Shown piece after piece: positions 1 through 14,800 of a stretch of DNA of 64,000 nucleotides (the first letter of the stretch is position 1; each line of letters starts with the position of its first letter). A program made the translations under genes and the position numbers. This DNA comes from Eledone cirrhosa (Eukaryota), in the NCBI GenBank assembly GCA_964016885.1, contig OZ024747.1, positions 81,716,001-81,780,000 on the forward strand, read 5' to 3'. Below the pieces are notes generated by a model. That model was not told the DNA's origin. It saw nothing but the letters and a program-made list of their open reading frames with translations, and searched no databases.

Positions 1-700
1 GGTCTACAAGAAACTCTATTAAAAAAAAAAATGCCAGCTTTCATCTCTGATCCAATATGATTCATATTGGCAAAATATTTGGAAGATAAGGATCAATATG
101 CACTGAGCAGTGTGTAACAAAAGAAACAAACCTGATCTCTATCTTGAAAATAATGAAAATTTGTAACACTAGTATTATGGCATCTGCTGCCAATTTAGAT
201 AAAGAGAAAATTGTGTGAGAAAGGAGAATACAAAACATGATTAAAAATTCTACAATTAAGGATAAAAGAAAATATGCCATTTTATGCTCAGTTTGAGAAA
301 GATACAAGGGAGCTTATGACAGAGAAATCCTTGAATGTGTTATGCAAAGAAGAGCTGAAAAATTGAAACATAGAGTCAGTTAATCTAGATAACACATTCT
401 AAAGAAAATTTGTAGAAGAGACATCAAGTCTACCAGCTAGTTGACTAGAATATTTCAAATAAAGAGAGAAGATGAAGTATGTACAGAATCAGTGGCTGAA
501 AAATTTTAAGCTTGAAAGATTACCAATACAGCTATGACAATATGTGCCACAATCTCCATTAGAATCTGCACCAAATGTATGAATTTTAAATATCTGCAAA
601 GTGGTAGGAGCAATGTAGTTGAAAAGTCAATTGAAAATAAGCAAGTAAAAATCAGACATAACATTCAAACAAACCAGATCATAGAACAACGAAAGCTTGA

Positions 701-743
<43 letters not shown>

Positions 744-820
744 ATAGCTGTGAACAAAGAAACAAATGAACACTTTGTCAATAGTGATACTATACTTGGA
801 AACAGGATACTATCTATATA
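1..820 (+). mobile_element. Degenerate 3' part of an R4/Dong-like non-LTR retrotransposon (restriction-like endonuclease domain)
   Basis: Frameshifted peptides DYQYSYDNMCHNLH*NLHQMYEF and EKSIENKQVKIRHNIQTNQIIEQRKLDII..NKETNEH..ILGNRILSI match the remembered RLE pattern EYKxRHDNVxxxIHWxLC / KVxENxxVKILWDFNIQTDHxIExRRPDI / LLGTARILRKVL. An (ATT)n tract sits at the PD motif. The 5' boundary is uncertain. Confidence 0.7.
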
Positions 821-1062
821 GAATTCTTGATATTACTAAGTATTTATAATTCAGATTTGAGATTTTTTTTTGTGTGAGGAAAAGCTCCCATTCTAGCTCA
901 AATTATTACAAATGAAATCAAGCATGAGCACACTATAGCTTTATGTATGGCTTGGAATTATCAATATTCTACAGAATTATCACATAGATTGTGTAGGCAA
1001 CTTATAGAAATACCACTACTATTACTACTACTGCTACTAATAATAATAATAATAATAGTAAT

Positions 1063-1290
1063 GGTGGATTGACAAAATTGTTACAGCACTGAATAAAATG
1101 ATCTGTGGTATTTCTTCTGGCTCTTTACACACGGTGTTGAAATCCTGCAAAGGCCAACTTTGCCTCTCGTTCTTCTGAGGTCAATAAAATAAAGTACCAA
1201 TCCAATACTGGGATCAATTTAATGACTTTCTCTTCCTCAAAAATTGTTGGCCTTATATCTAAACTAGAAATAATTTTTAATATTATTATT
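1063..1290 (+). mobile_element. Old copy of tRNA-derived SINE family A, flanked by (AAT)n
   Basis: Degenerate match to family A, including GAGGTCAATAAAATAAAGTACC and the GGCCTT..AGAAATAATT tail. Confidence 0.65.
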
Positions 1291-3635
1291 ATTATTTTCA
1301 TTATTATTAGTAATTCTAACCTTGGAATAAGGCCATAAATTGTGGAGGAAGAAGACTCATATTCACCTAAAAGAAGAAAGGTCAAATTGACCTAAATCAA
1401 ATTCAAAGTCAAGAACTTAACTAGCCAAATCTCTGAAAATTATATTAAAAATAATCATAATGATTTATAACATAAGCATAAGGTCGGAATTTTGATTACA
1501 TGACTCCACTACTTGACTCAGACTTATTTTATTGACTCTTGAAGGAGGAAAAACTAAGGTGACTCTGGCAAAGGACAGATCTAAATACAAGAAATTTCAC
1601 TTAGCACTCTACAAATACAAACAGCTTCCAATCTAATACAGATAAATTACAAAGGAAGATACAACAACAACAGGATTAAAGGGAAACCATATGGTGAAAA
1701 ATATAAATAACATAATAAAGATAGCTAATAGATACAAAAGACGAGAAGAAAACATCAAAACTTAACAAGCATGGCCCAGTAAAACGAGCTGAATTGTTGC
1801 TAACACATTTAGCCTTCTATTATTAGCAGCCAAGTCTCCCTCAAATATTTAAATGAGTATGGTAAATTCAATAATGTACTTCTAGATATAGCAAAAGATA
1901 CAATTGTTACAGTTAGAATGCCTTTGATAATAGGTTCACTAAACAACAGCAAACACTGTTATAAACAAACTTGTTCCCCCATACAGATGATTTACAACTA
2001 TATACAAGAGTTATCACTTAGCTGGAAAATTTACTGAAATTGTACATTAACTCCACACTATTTTGAAAATGAGTGTGGTATTAGTGAAAAACATAGAGTA
2101 GCTACTGTGAGGGCAGAAATATCAATTGAAACTTGAAACATACTAATGTTTCAAGTTAATCCAATAAAAACACAACTAAAAGTAATATTTTTAAAAAAAT
2201 GAACAAGAAGTAAATTAAGTATAATCAGGTGATATCTCAACATAGTTCAATAATTACCCCACAACTGAATAAAACACTTGCCCTCCTTTAACCCTTTAAC
2301 ATTTACATTACTCTCTATTTACTATTACATTTTCATGGTAAAGGCTTTCCCTCACATAATTATCTCACACAATATCGAATCTATGAGATTTTGATATCTA
2401 TTTTAAGATCAATACCTTAACATCAGTATGTGTGGCCAGTTATGGTTGGTTTGAACAGAAAAAGGTTAGAGAATTCTGTCCAGATATGGTTTGTTTAAAT
2501 GCTAAAGGGTCAAATAATTGAAACAGTAAGATTATGATGAATAGTTACACATTTTGTAATAATTTCAGCTTAAGCAGAGAATTGGCAAAGTCATTAGAAT
2601 GTTTTGTGGTATTCATTCCAGCGCTCTGTGCTCTGAGTTCAAATCCCACCAAGGTCGATTCTTCCTCTATATATTTCTCACTTCCTCTCTATCACTCTAT
2701 TTCCTTCTCTAGAAAAAATTGTCTGTGTTCAAACTTGGAGACATATGGGCTCTGCCAGGGTTAAAAAAACCCAAGAAATTCCATATTTCACAACCATACT
2801 CCTATGAATCCACTAGGATTTATGGGTTTATACATACAATATTAGTGCAATAGTATTGTAAAGAATTGAATTTCTGCAGCTAGCATATTAGCTGTAAAAC
2901 AAAAATTCAAAATAAAGTTTGATCAATTGATAAGGATTCAACGATTAAAAAAAAAAAGAAAGGGCAAACTCTAATTCCTTGTATTGGACCAAGGAATTAG
3001 AGTTTTCATTGGTCGTCTCTCCATTATTGTCTGCCAGTTAAAACTCCATGCAAGAGATTTAAACTCAAAATGCACAGAGCTAGATCAGATACAACAAATC
3101 ATTCCACCTGAGTCTTTAACAATTCAACCAATCCACCAGTGCTCAACTGGTATTTTGTTTATCACCTGAAAGCAGGAAAACCAAAGGTGCCTTCAGTGGG
3201 CTTTGAACTCAAGAGTGCAGTGAGTCGGAACAAACATCAAAGCATTTAATCCAATCCTTTAACAACTCTACCAATTCATAGCCTTCAACAAATTGAACAA
3301 TTGAAAGCCCCTAAAATTCAATCACAAATCATATTAGCCACAAACCAAACAGCCAACAGAGAAAATATAGTATGAACACATCATCCATTACAATAAACTA
3401 AAGAACAAACGACTCCTGAAAAAGTTAATCGTAATATTATTGAACGAAAACAATGGGCTAGAAAACATAACAGATGAGATAAAAATAAAAATTGATCAAG
3501 TATAATTAACAAATATAAAGACTTCTGAAACCTAAAATATTACATACAATTAGAAAGAAAACAAAAAATAACCAATCAATGAATCAAAACAAATAAATTA
3601 TGTAAAAACTGATATAAACTATTGTTGTATTGCAA

Positions 3636-3992
3636 GCATGGCTGTGTGGTTAGGATCTTGCTTTCCAACCAAGTGGTTTCAGGTTCAATCCCATTGTGTG
3701 CACTGAACAAATATCTTCTACTATAACCCCGTGTTAACTAATTCCTTACTAAAGAAATCTGGGGGATAGAAACTGTGCACATGTCCATATGTGTGTGTGT
3801 GTGTGTGTACATTTACTGTTTGTTTATGTTCTGTTGCTTAGCATTTCGAGAAATAGAGATCGATAAAATAAGTGCCAGATGTGAAAGAAAATCATAGTAG
3901 TGAGGTTGGTATGATCCACTAAATCTGTTCAATGTGGTGCCCCAGCCTGGATACAGTCGAATGACTGAAAGCGGTAAAAGAATAAAGGAATA
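3636..3992 (+). mobile_element. tRNA-derived SINE family C with internal (TG)n and GAATAAA-type tail
   Basis: A-box-like TGGCTGTGTGGTTAG, B-box-like GGTTCAATCCC, internal (TG)n, and 3' GTGGTGCCCCAGCCTGG..TGACTGAAA..AAAAGAATAAA. Resembles an abundant octopus SINE from memory. Confidence 0.7.
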
Positions 3993-5044
3993 TTATAATA
4001 TTGCCGTTCATCTTAATTTTACAGATTTCATGATTTCATGAGGATTAAAAAGAACACAACTGCTAAAAAAAAAAAAGACTGACTACAACAACTAAAACTA
4101 ATTCAAAACAGGAAGGATCTATCACTATTAACCACACTCTAAAATCAATATTTCTAAATATAGCCAAAGAGGGTGAAAATGATGCATAGGAAACATAAAT
4201 AAACCAGCTTTAGTTTGTGTGTTCATGTGTGTGTTATTTGAGGAACTATACCATTAAATCTATATATTATGGTTACACACAAGTATCCAAGTGGATATTA
4301 ATCTGAGTGGATATTGGCAATCCTCAGTGAAAAATATGCTATAAAATATAAAGAAAATATTCCAGGCTCTACACACTTCACTGCAATAGTAACAACTCTG
4401 CTTCCTTGTCTAAACTTAGATTCTTTTAACCACTATCACCCTTCTCTTTCTCTGTGCATCTTTGTTTCTCCCTGCCCCACATTTTTTCTTTCCAAATATA
4501 CCTCTTGAATACTTATAAAAACGTTGTTAAAATACTCTTTCCAGCATTCATTTTGTTTCCTTATCACTTTATTTTCTTCTCTCTTTCTTTCTTTGTCTTC
4601 TTTATTTTTTAAGTCCTTCTTCTGATAATATTTCATTTCATATCTGTAATATATTTTTACCTGTACAGAAAACCACCTCATGAGCAGTTCTTATACAGAT
4701 GCAACAAAGGCAACCTGTCTAGATGGTCGGTTGTATCATACGACCGCCTTAGTCTTCAAACTGGTCTGAGGTAAACTACACCCAAATACAGTTAAACGCA
4801 ATAAGTCAAATAAATAATATACACATAAATAATATTTACACCTTTCACAGTACTGCACCTACCTCTATATAGACTAAACGCAAAATCTATATACACACAC
4901 TTTTCGCTAGAACATTCGATATAGTTACACACAGAAAATATATGGACATACAAATATATACAGATGGAGACATTATTGACACTTTAACAATTACAGTTAT
5001 AATTACAAAATTATAATTATAATATATATATATATATATTATAT

Positions 5045-5208
5045 ATTATCACATCACCAGTCTGAGGAGCAGATCAATACTGGAGTCGGGTCCATAACTC
5101 CTATGGGTCACCTTGAGCCAATCCTCTGCACAACGTCCAAAACAGGTCGATATGCAATAAATATTTTTCATATGTAAATGAAACTTCCTCGTTTATTCTA
5201 TCATAAAA
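5045..5208 (+). mobile_element. Short (TA)n-flanked insert with a degenerate hammerhead-like motif (probable PLE pLTR fragment)
   Basis: CTGAGGA at 5062-5068, GCAGA...TCTGC stem, then ACAACGTC in place of GAAACGTC. (TA)n on both sides. Confidence 0.35.
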
Positions 5209-5477
5209 ATATATATATATACACATATACAGGATAAGCATAAAGTTTTTCCCTAATTATAAAATACCATATCTCAGGTACTACTTGAGATTTTACTTTT
5301 TCATAAATGTCAAGTTTAAAGTCTTTCTGAACATGTTTTATATTTTTCTCTTCAACAGGAAGTAGTTTTAATTTTCAGTAACAAAATGGCATATGAGTTG
5401 CTTCCTTTGTATAACAAAAATGCCAAATGATTATTGCGTTATTACCTCCGTTATATCTGATGAGATCTTGTATATGA

Positions 5478-5665
5478 AATAATTGTTTCTACTTTTAGCA
5501 CAAGGCCAGCAATTACCCAGTACATTACTGGTACTTTATTTTATTGATCCCGTAAGGATGAAAAACAAAGTTAACTTCAGCAGGATTTGAACACAGACCG
5601 TAAAGGGATGTATTTATGCTGGAAAGCATGGCGTCCGACTCTCTACCGATACTGCCAATTCAGCC
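5478..5665 (-). mobile_element. SINE family A (tRNA head, GCCTTTCATCCTTACGGGGTCGATAAAATAAAGTACCAG-type core, AGAAACAATT tail)
   Basis: Minus strand has A box GGCAGTATCGGTAGAG and B box GTTCAAATCC. Aligns with more than 10 other copies in the window. Confidence 0.85.
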
Positions 5666-5854
5666 ATCTTGGTTTTGCTTGACGATAACTAACTAGCAGA
5701 CATAGAATATTTATCTTCTATGCTGGTTGAAGTTTGAAACCTTAGGAAGCATGCATTTGTGGTTGAGATCCTATTCATATAATATATTTGGCTCTGTACA
5801 TTATATAGAGTGCTTTTTTTATTCCTTGATTTATTCTTTGGAAACTCTTGGCAC

Positions 5855-5896
<42 letters not shown>

Positions 5897-8800
5897 ATGC
5901 ACACTGGCACACAGACACACACACACACGGTAGGTTTTCCATGAATAAAGCAGCACTCAACTGGACTTTTTTCTCATCAAACAACCTACAGACCATATGG
6001 GGCCAATGTATTTACCTAATTTCCATAAGACATTTTTCTGACTGGTTTACATAATTGATTGGATGTATGCTTGCTCTCAAAAGATAGTAAATTATTGCAA
6101 CTGGAGATACAATTAAATTACCTATGCAAATTTCAGATGTCAACCACAGTTAAACTTTAATCATGTCCATATTCTTACAAAGAGACAAAAGTGACATGTT
6201 TGTAAAGGTTAGGAAATGACGTTGAATGATGGTGACAATATTCTGCAGGGCATTACTAATAAGTGAACTAAAATTACTATAAACAAGAGTCAAAGAGAAT
6301 TGTAGATTCAGCTCAATACACATTACTCCCAAATGAAAAACAGAATGATCGAATTAACTGAGCTTATCTTATCTATGATCTTTTAAGATATTGCACTTTA
6401 ATATTTTTCTTTAACAATTTATTTTCATATAACCCACATATATTATAAATTGTTAATAAAAACTGAAAATTATAAAGGAGAAAAAAACCTTTGTATTTTT
6501 AATTAGAAAATGAAGAGAAATATTTTCCAAAAAAGACTTTGATGTAAGAAAAACATTAAAATTATTATAATCTTCGATCTAAAGAACACAAATATCCCCC
6601 AAGGTAATCAAATTTTTTCACTGAAAATTAGTTTTTTTTACATTGCTATTGTAGTTGTGGTGCAAGTACTTAAAATAGCATTTACTGCAGTTGTTTCTGT
6701 TGTGATAGTTGATATTATTACTATTGCCATAAACAATACCTTATTACTGGTGTTCTTCTTCTTCTTGATGTAAAGTCTCATGTCAGTCCTGACAGAGAAA
6801 ACTGTGATAAAATGTATCTCAGAAATACCCATCTGTCTCTTTTTTTTGAGTATTATGTCCTTCCTTTTTAAGACAGAAGAATGTAACTGTAAGCAGATCT
6901 GGCTGCTATTTCTAGTAGGTTGGGGACCATATAGAAGATCCCACATTGGCTTTACCACATCGACACAAAACCCTTCTTCTCAAAATAAATTTTGTGCTTT
7001 CTGATTATCATACACATCAGGAGAAAATAATCTGTCTGGTATTGTTAAGTACTGCAGACTTTTGAAACCTCACAAGACATGTGGGCACCATCATGATTTT
7101 CTTTATCTATCTGTGATTGTTCAGCATCATTATCATCAACACCATCACTATATTTTAAAGTCTATTTTCAAATGTTTTTATTGAGCTTCTGCTAATGGCT
7201 GTACTGTTGGTATTGATTATGTTGCTATTTGGGGGTTATCTGATGAGCTATGTGGTTGTTTGTAATAGAAATTATGGAGGTTTTTTATTGCTATTCTCAT
7301 TGTTGTTGGTCAGTAGCCTAGCCAGCTCTGCTCCAGCAGACTTTTTGTGTAGAACATTTCTCAGGTATACATTATTTCATAGAGGTAGCTTAACAAACAC
7401 TCAGGTCTAGTTCATATATCGAGCAGTCAACATTATACAATCCTGTAACATATAAAAGTTTTCATCTACTACCTGTTTCTGTTTATATTTTCTGTTGTCA
7501 TTTTTCTTCACTTCGAATGAAACAGCCAGGCTGGTGAATGTTTTACTATTCCACAAAATATACTAATACACACAAGTGTATGCTTGATTGAGTGTTAGCA
7601 TTGAGAAATGTTTAGCTCCTGTAAAATATTAATGTTACAGAGGAAGGTCTTGATTTGAGCTAGCTCTGTTTTGTTAGACATAAGTGTATCTTGGTTAAAG
7701 TACTGGATTTCTATTTAGTAAATCCCATATAAATGAAATTATTTTAGCCATCTTGCAAGACACTAACCAAATTTTATAAAAGAAAAACCTATTAGCATTG
7801 CTATAGACTCACCATGTAAAGCAGTTTCATATATAACTTGAAAATACTCAATATGACATTTGCATCTTTCATTGTTAAATCAGATAGAACTTTGTTGTAT
7901 GTCAGTTACCATCAAAATCTCTGCTACTGGCAACCACGTAAACCAGTGCTACCAGTTCATGGTAGGGCTATCAGCAACTAAACAAGCAAATCTACCCTAA
8001 TCTGTAGGGGGAGGCTGGATACCCTGACAGGACAAAAGATAGTGTAAAACATGTCTATATGGATGAATTAACTGAACAAGGAGTCAACAGCCCACCATCA
8101 AACCTGTACTGTGAAGCCCCATGAAGGAATTTGAGTCTGATATTGCTGACTCTCCTGGATACATCTGCAGCAGCTTGTCTCTCAGATATACAGGAAACTT
8201 GCTTTTCTTCTGAACCAGGAATCTAGCCAAGAGAAGCTCCTTGATAAATAAATATACAGACCACCCAAGATGCCTTAAATTGGTCTGGACTAAGGTTATC
8301 ATTGTCTCAACTAAACCATCACTTACTTCCCCAAGAGAAATAAGGCTATATGTACTGACTGGTATGTTGTCCTATGCTGGACATGAAACACCCAAATACA
8401 AAAATATTGGACTATTCCATGCTAGTGAGGAAAATAGGACATTAAATGGTGATGATGTTGGTCGGACAATGGGAACAATGTTTCCATTTGTCTTTCTACT
8501 GCTGATACTATCCACTGATCATAACTATTGGCAGAAGGAGGTAGGATAGGAGCTCAGAATGCACAGAGCCAGGTCAAATACTGCAAAGCATCCTAACCAA
8601 CTGTAACAATTCTGCTAATTCACAGTCTCTGGACTGGTACTTTATCGACCTTGAAAGGGTCAGCAGAATTGAACTCAAAGTGCAGTGAGTCAGAATAAAT
8701 AAATGCATTTAATCTAAATTAATCAGCCTGCACATATAGTGAACAGTGAAAAAAACTGTCTTAAGAAACCACACCAATTCGATTGCCTGTTATGTTCATG

Positions 8801-10891
8801 CAGCAATACAAATAAGTCCATAAAATAAAGAAGCAAATAAGGAAAATATTGCATGAAATTGATATAAAGCAATAAACATAATCTAAAAAGCAATTGTGTC
8901 AAGAAAAATTTATTGAGAATATGATATAGTGAAATTCAACATGGATGATACTATCTCTAGAGTCCTCTAGATTTTCAAATGATGAGCAAGCAAAGAAAAT
9001 GATAAAGGGAATAAATATAACACACCCCCACACACCACACACAACACACACACACCCCCACACACAACACACACACATATTTACTCCCATACACATGTAC
9101 TTATATGCAAAATAAACAAACACTTAACTGTCTGGAATTGGACCAATGCCTTCATGTATCTTGGTTTTCTGATTATTTCCAAATACATGCATTTGATACT
9201 ACTCTTATCACTCCTAACCACCCTATCATAATAATATGCTACTTTTCCACCACCACAGTAAACTAACATACTTCCGTTGATGACAATGCACCAAAAGTCA
9301 GACACATTGAACTTTTACTATATCCAAGCTAAAGTTTTTATTTTTTCAAATTTTAAGACTATACTTTTAATTCTTTTGTTTTTCTTTCTCATTTAAGTGA
9401 AATTTGAATAACAGTTGCACATTCTACATCTTTTACAAATAGGTTTGTTCTGATTTAATTTTTGTTTGGTTCATTTTAATTATGCCTAATACAAATGACA
9501 TTACACAATTTATGAAGCAAGCAGTCCCTAAAAATATCAAACGTTGACTTTTGGTAGCAGTGGGCTAGTAAATATATTAGTTAACATACTTCTCAGGAAT
9601 AAACTATCAATACAAGTAATTTAACCATCATACATCCAGTTCCCATGCTGGCACAGGTTGGATAGGTCATTGAAGTTCAATTTAGTACTTAATCAGTGTT
9701 ATTGTACTTCTATTCTAGAAGGACTGAGGGCCACATCTGACATACATTCCAATTTTTGCTCTTCCTAATACCGATCACTTTACTGACTGTACAGAGAGCT
9801 GTAGAAAGGTTGCCACATCCTTAATGTGGCTGGAAAGTCCTCCCAAGCCTTTTCTACATGGTTTTTGCATCTAGATACCTTTCCTAACACTAACTACATT
9901 ACAGAATATATTGGCTGCATTCTGTCATGGTGCCAGCTCAAGAGATGTTGTCTGGTCATTGACTTGATTGCTGATCTCTCTCTACCCTATGTTGTAACTG
10001 GTTGAATGTCAAATACTTCACAGAGGGTAAGGAGTATATTTTATAGTAGCAGCAACAAAAGTTACAATTCAACTTGATTACAACTGCCCAAGTATCCAAT
10101 TTCAAGAATACTTGAAATTATTTCTACACATCTACCATACATTTTATAAAATGATTGATATATAAATATATAATACGCAAAGATAGATTACAATACTTAG
10201 GAAGTGTATGAAGGGATTGCACAACGAAAGCATTGTTTCATGAAATATTAGTTGCTAGTTACAATTTGATCCACATCAAACATCAAGATCATGTGAGAGA
10301 GTATATATATAAAAAACTGATAATGCATCTATATTTCATTCTTCAGATTTTTGTCTTTTCTTAAAACTGAGTTATGGATGTCTCTTTCCAATCTATTTAA
10401 ATCTCTGAGATACTTTAAGTCTCTTTAAGAAGTCTTATGACACATCTACCATTTATGTCATAGATTGTTGTACTTAATAAGTTCCACTAGATAACCCAGT
10501 TCTCTTTATATATAATCATAGTATCAGAAACATTCACATCTATATGGAAAATATAATCATTGAATCTTTTAGCGAACATGAGTATGAGAAAGGGAAAGAG
10601 TGTGTGTATTTATAATAGGCATATATATTTTTATCATTTCAATACTGATGTAATATATATCTGTGAATGCTATAACTCTCCATCTCTATCTTTCTTTTAT
10701 TTTGCATTTTAGTATTATAGTAGCTATTGTTATTATTAACTTATACATATACACCCCAAAACTCTCTAGAGTGGTTGGCATTAGGAATGGGTATCTAGCT
10801 GCTGCAGAAATTGTTTTCTCTCGACCCATTTAGTTTCAGAATATGATATTGCATTCAATCAATGCCAGCATGGAAAATATGTATGATGATG

Positions 10892-10939
<48 letters not shown>

Positions 10940-10940
<1 letters not shown>

Positions 10941-11201
10941 GATAAATCTACCAAAATGTACGGTAGTGTCCAATCCGTATGAAGAACTCAATGTAATCCG
11001 AATATCATGAAATGATTATTTCTGAAGACAGCATATATATGTGTAGGTATGTATATTCCCTCTGATAGTTTGTAAAAATTTTACATAGATCTATATGATA
11101 TACATACCAACACAAACATATATATCCTAGAAACGATCGTAAAATGATGAATTTTTTAATATAAGGAACTGTTTCTTTGTTTTTATTCATTATTTTTATT
11201 A

Positions 11202-11205
<4 letters not shown>
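10940..11205 (+). mobile_element. (TA)n-flanked PLE pLTR fragment carrying a hammerhead ribozyme
   Basis: Unique sequence between two (TA)n tracts, containing the hammerhead at 11015-11148. Confidence 0.65.
11015..11148 (+). ncRNA. Type I hammerhead ribozyme with ~100-nt stem II
   Basis: Stem I ATTATTT/AAATGAT; core CTGAAGA (11022-11028); long stem II (ATATATATGT..GGTATGTATAT / ATATACATACC..ACATATATAT); GAAA (11130-11133); palindromic stem III A-CGATCG-T; GUA cleavage triplet. Confidence 0.75.
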
Positions 11206-11295
<90 letters not shown>

Positions 11296-11342
11296 GTAAT
11301 AAACGAAATATATATACTTTATACCATCTCTATTCATTTCAT

Positions 11343-11430
11343 TTCCTTTCATCCTTACGGGGTCGATAAAATAAAGTACCAATTAATACACTGGGTAATT
11401 GCTGGCCTTGTGCCAAAAGTAGAAACAATT
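11343..11430 (+). mobile_element. 5'-truncated SINE family A copy inserted into a hammerhead
   Basis: CCTTTCATCCTTACGGGGTCGATAAAATAAAGTACC...CCTTGTGCCAAAAGTAGAAACAATT. Confidence 0.85.
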
Positions 11431-11501
11431 ATATATATATTTCGAAGATGCAAAGTTTTATGTATTCCATAAAGCAAAACATGTTCTCCTCAGACAAAAT
11501 A
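11431..11501 (-). ncRNA. Hammerhead ribozyme motif interrupted by a SINE at the cleavage site
   Basis: Minus strand: TATTTTGT CTGAGGA GAACATG..TTTATG GAATA CATAAA..CATCTTC GAAA TATATATATA. The missing 3' strand of stem I (ATGAAAT) lies on the far side of the SINE at 11336-11342. Stems I and III match the 34-41 kb family. Confidence 0.65.
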
Positions 11502-11631
11502 TATAGAAAATGTATAATATTGTTCCTGACATGCTGGTAGACAAACAAACTGGACAGTTCGGTGACCACTAGGCATCACAAATCAACTAACTCTTTTTTT
11601 ATTGATTATATATATATATATATATATATAT

Positions 11632-11827
11632 ATAGGAAAAAGTATGACCCCGACGGCAGAGCTCAAGCCGTTTCGACGGCTATTTCTGAACTCGAGTCCA
11701 GAAATAGCCACCGAAACGGCTTGAGCTCTGCCGTCGGGGTCATACTTTTTCCTATTACCCACTCTACTACCCTAAATATTGAGTACTCTGGTGCGTTATG
11801 GTCCATCTGGTTCCTTACCACAACTCC

Positions 11828-11830
<3 letters not shown>
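11632..11830 (+). mobile_element. ~200-bp fold-back element in (TA)n, copy 1
   Basis: 62-bp near-perfect arms 11632-11693 / 11694-11755 centred on CTCGAG, plus a ~75-bp unique tail. Second copy at 21798-21990. Confidence 0.8.
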
Positions 11831-11861
<31 letters not shown>

Positions 11862-14800
11862 CTTGTGACAGAAAGGGAATAAATTATTCTCAGACTAAAG
11901 AGCAGGTCAAAAAGGTTGCAAAAGAGGAGACTACGCTAAAAGCATGTTTTAGGATGGTTACATTTCTGAGAATAAAGAAAATATATAAAAAAAGAATTCC
12001 AGAATATTCTTTTCTTTGATAATTGGTCACATGTTGTGTTGTGCAGATGTGTTAGTACCTGATTTATCATTGTCAGCTAGTGATCAGTTAATCAGCATGG
12101 AGTTTTATGCCTGAGCCAATTCAAACTATATACATAGTAACCATCAATTGTGTTCCTGACTTTGGTGTTGTACATTGCTGTTTCTATAAAGTTTTGCAGA
12201 CCTCTATCTTTCTTTATTTTCATCATTACTAACATTTTCAGCAGCAAGAACCATGTGGCAGTGTTAAACCAAGTGATGAATTATGTCTACCACCCAAGAA
12301 CACAGAATAAAATGATTTGGAACAAATACAGCAAGGCATCGTGTCTAACACACTAACAAGACTACCAACCCATTGCTCTGCACTGGTACTTCATTTAATT
12401 GACACCAGATGGATACAAAACAAAATTTACCTTAGTGGGATTTAAACTCAGTGTTGATAACCAGAATAAATACCATAAAGCGTGTTCTACACTAACAATT
12501 CAAGCAATATAACTACACTATATACATTGGAACAGGTGGTTTCTTATCTACCATTAAACACTCATCTGTAACTTATTTTACCCTCAGAATACTGTCGGAC
12601 TACATCCAAATAGTATTAGTTTTACCATTCTCTTTAATAATATTCTTTTTCTTTAAGCTTAAATCTTCATTAAATATAGACACACGTTCGAGAAAATATA
12701 GATATCCAATATTAGACCAAAACTGTCTTTTTTTTGTTTGCAGAGGGAAAGTTAATTATTTAAATTGAACCTAGTACTTAAACTTCGGCAGGATTTGAAC
12801 TAAGAAAGTAAATCTCCATAACTAAATACTATAAGTTATTTTTTTCAACAGTCTAACATTTCCACTAAAATAAAATAGTACACTTCAAGTTAATGGCATA
12901 TATTTACAGTGTTACATATATTTAAATACATGAGTTTGCAAATAGACATACACCAATACGGCTCATAACTATATACCTAGGAAAGCAGAGATTTTCAGTG
13001 GCACCAGTTATGTGATGGCAATACAGCAATATTCTTCATTTCACTACACTATTGTCAATAGACCCTAGACATTCACTATTTCTAAAGTCATAAGTAGTCA
13101 TATATTGTGCAAATAGGCCATTATTCAAACAGCATTTTCATTATGCTATCACTAAATATTGGCTAAATGTAGGTTTTTAACATTTTACTGCTGCAGCAGC
13201 AACTGCTATATTTATTTTATATACACATATGATATATATGTGTGTATATACATGATATATATGTGTTTATGATATATATATATATGGTTACAAACACAAA
13301 CAGGCATGTACACATAAAAAAAGAAAGGATAATGATAATTTTAAGTGATATATATCCCAATAAGTTTATATATGTAAACATACAGATCTATAATATTCAC
13401 ATACACATTTAATTCGGTAGAAAATTACAAGAAATATATCATGATAGTAGATTTAGAAGCTCTGCAGCGTTAGCATATGGTAGATTTAGTCTGTCAGGGC
13501 CTCAAGGTCATTATAAGAATCTGTATGACTTAAGATGAGAAAACTGACTAGAATAAAGTGTACTTTACATCACACACAACATGAATAAAATCTAGTGTAA
13601 AGTATAACAGCATCCATATAAAATTTTATCAGAGACAGCTAACCCATGAAAGTTGACCATGCACAGTGCATAACAAATTGTCTTAGCAATATAAAACAAT
13701 TGTTTGTATGATTTTGTGTGACCACATTTATATGTGTCAGAGATTATGCATAGCCTTATTGGAGAGGCTGAGTTCTAATAAATGATACATGCCAATCGGT
13801 TTAGAACAGATTACATTTATCAAGGATTTATGAAATAACTAGCAAATTAAAAAAAGTAATCAATTTATGCAAATGGTTGACTGTAAGCATGGTTGACTGT
13901 AAGCAATGTGACTGGGAGTTAGAAAGATTGCTGATTGAGAAGAAGTCATAATTTTGCTGCATTTTAATTTTCTTCTTCAAGGCCCTTCTGTGGGTTTTTG
14001 ATAATTCTCCATATCTTGGTATAATCGGCATAACAAGTGAACTTGGAGATGTCTGAAAGAGCTTTTACAAGTAGTAATAGTTCTAATTTCCTGAAGTACT
14101 CAACTCCTACCTATGTAAGCATTGTAAAACATTTGAAAAACATTTCTTTCATTCAAACGTGACTCCACATAGAATGGAATTCATCTTTGGAATATAAAGC
14201 TGAATAAAAACTGAAAATGTGTGTTATGCACTGAATTAAAACCACCATTAGTTTTATATTGTTGGACTTTTCCCTGTAATGTGGATATATAAGTTAATAT
14301 TTATTAATTAGACATGGCCTAAGTTTGATAGAAAGGGGCGATGTAATATTCATGGTACTACAAAGGAAATTTCTTAAATTATTGATGCCATTCTAGAGAG
14401 ATGAAACTGAGTTGAACTTTGTTTACAGAAACTCAATAAAAATTCACTACACTATTAGCATCTTCTCACATAAAACAATTCAATAATAGGATAATAAATG
14501 ACAACAAAAACATATGAAACATTAAGACTTAAAAACAGTGATAATATGAAAACCATACAACCAGAAACATAGATAGTAATAATGGTAGAACAGATAACAT
14601 AGTATATGGATAATGAGTAGGTCAAAAGAGAACAGTAGAGGAGAATAACATGACTAAAAGTAATATCTTCCACGTGAAGAGGCACCAAAAGCAAACAAAA
14701 TAAGAGAGAAGAAAGATGTTGACAACATGGACAAAACAACTATAAGGGATACCATAAATCGTAAAAACAAACAAGCAAATACTATGAGGTATCAAGAAAA

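Noticed and set aside
4655-4790. Possible host exon ending CAG|GTAAAA on the minus strand
   Set aside because: No recognisable protein, acceptor site or partner exon; not supportable without RNA data
5450-5485. CTGATGA..GAAA hammerhead candidate (also 7240 and 18934)
   Set aside because: No convincing stems I, II or III; expected by chance in AT-rich DNA
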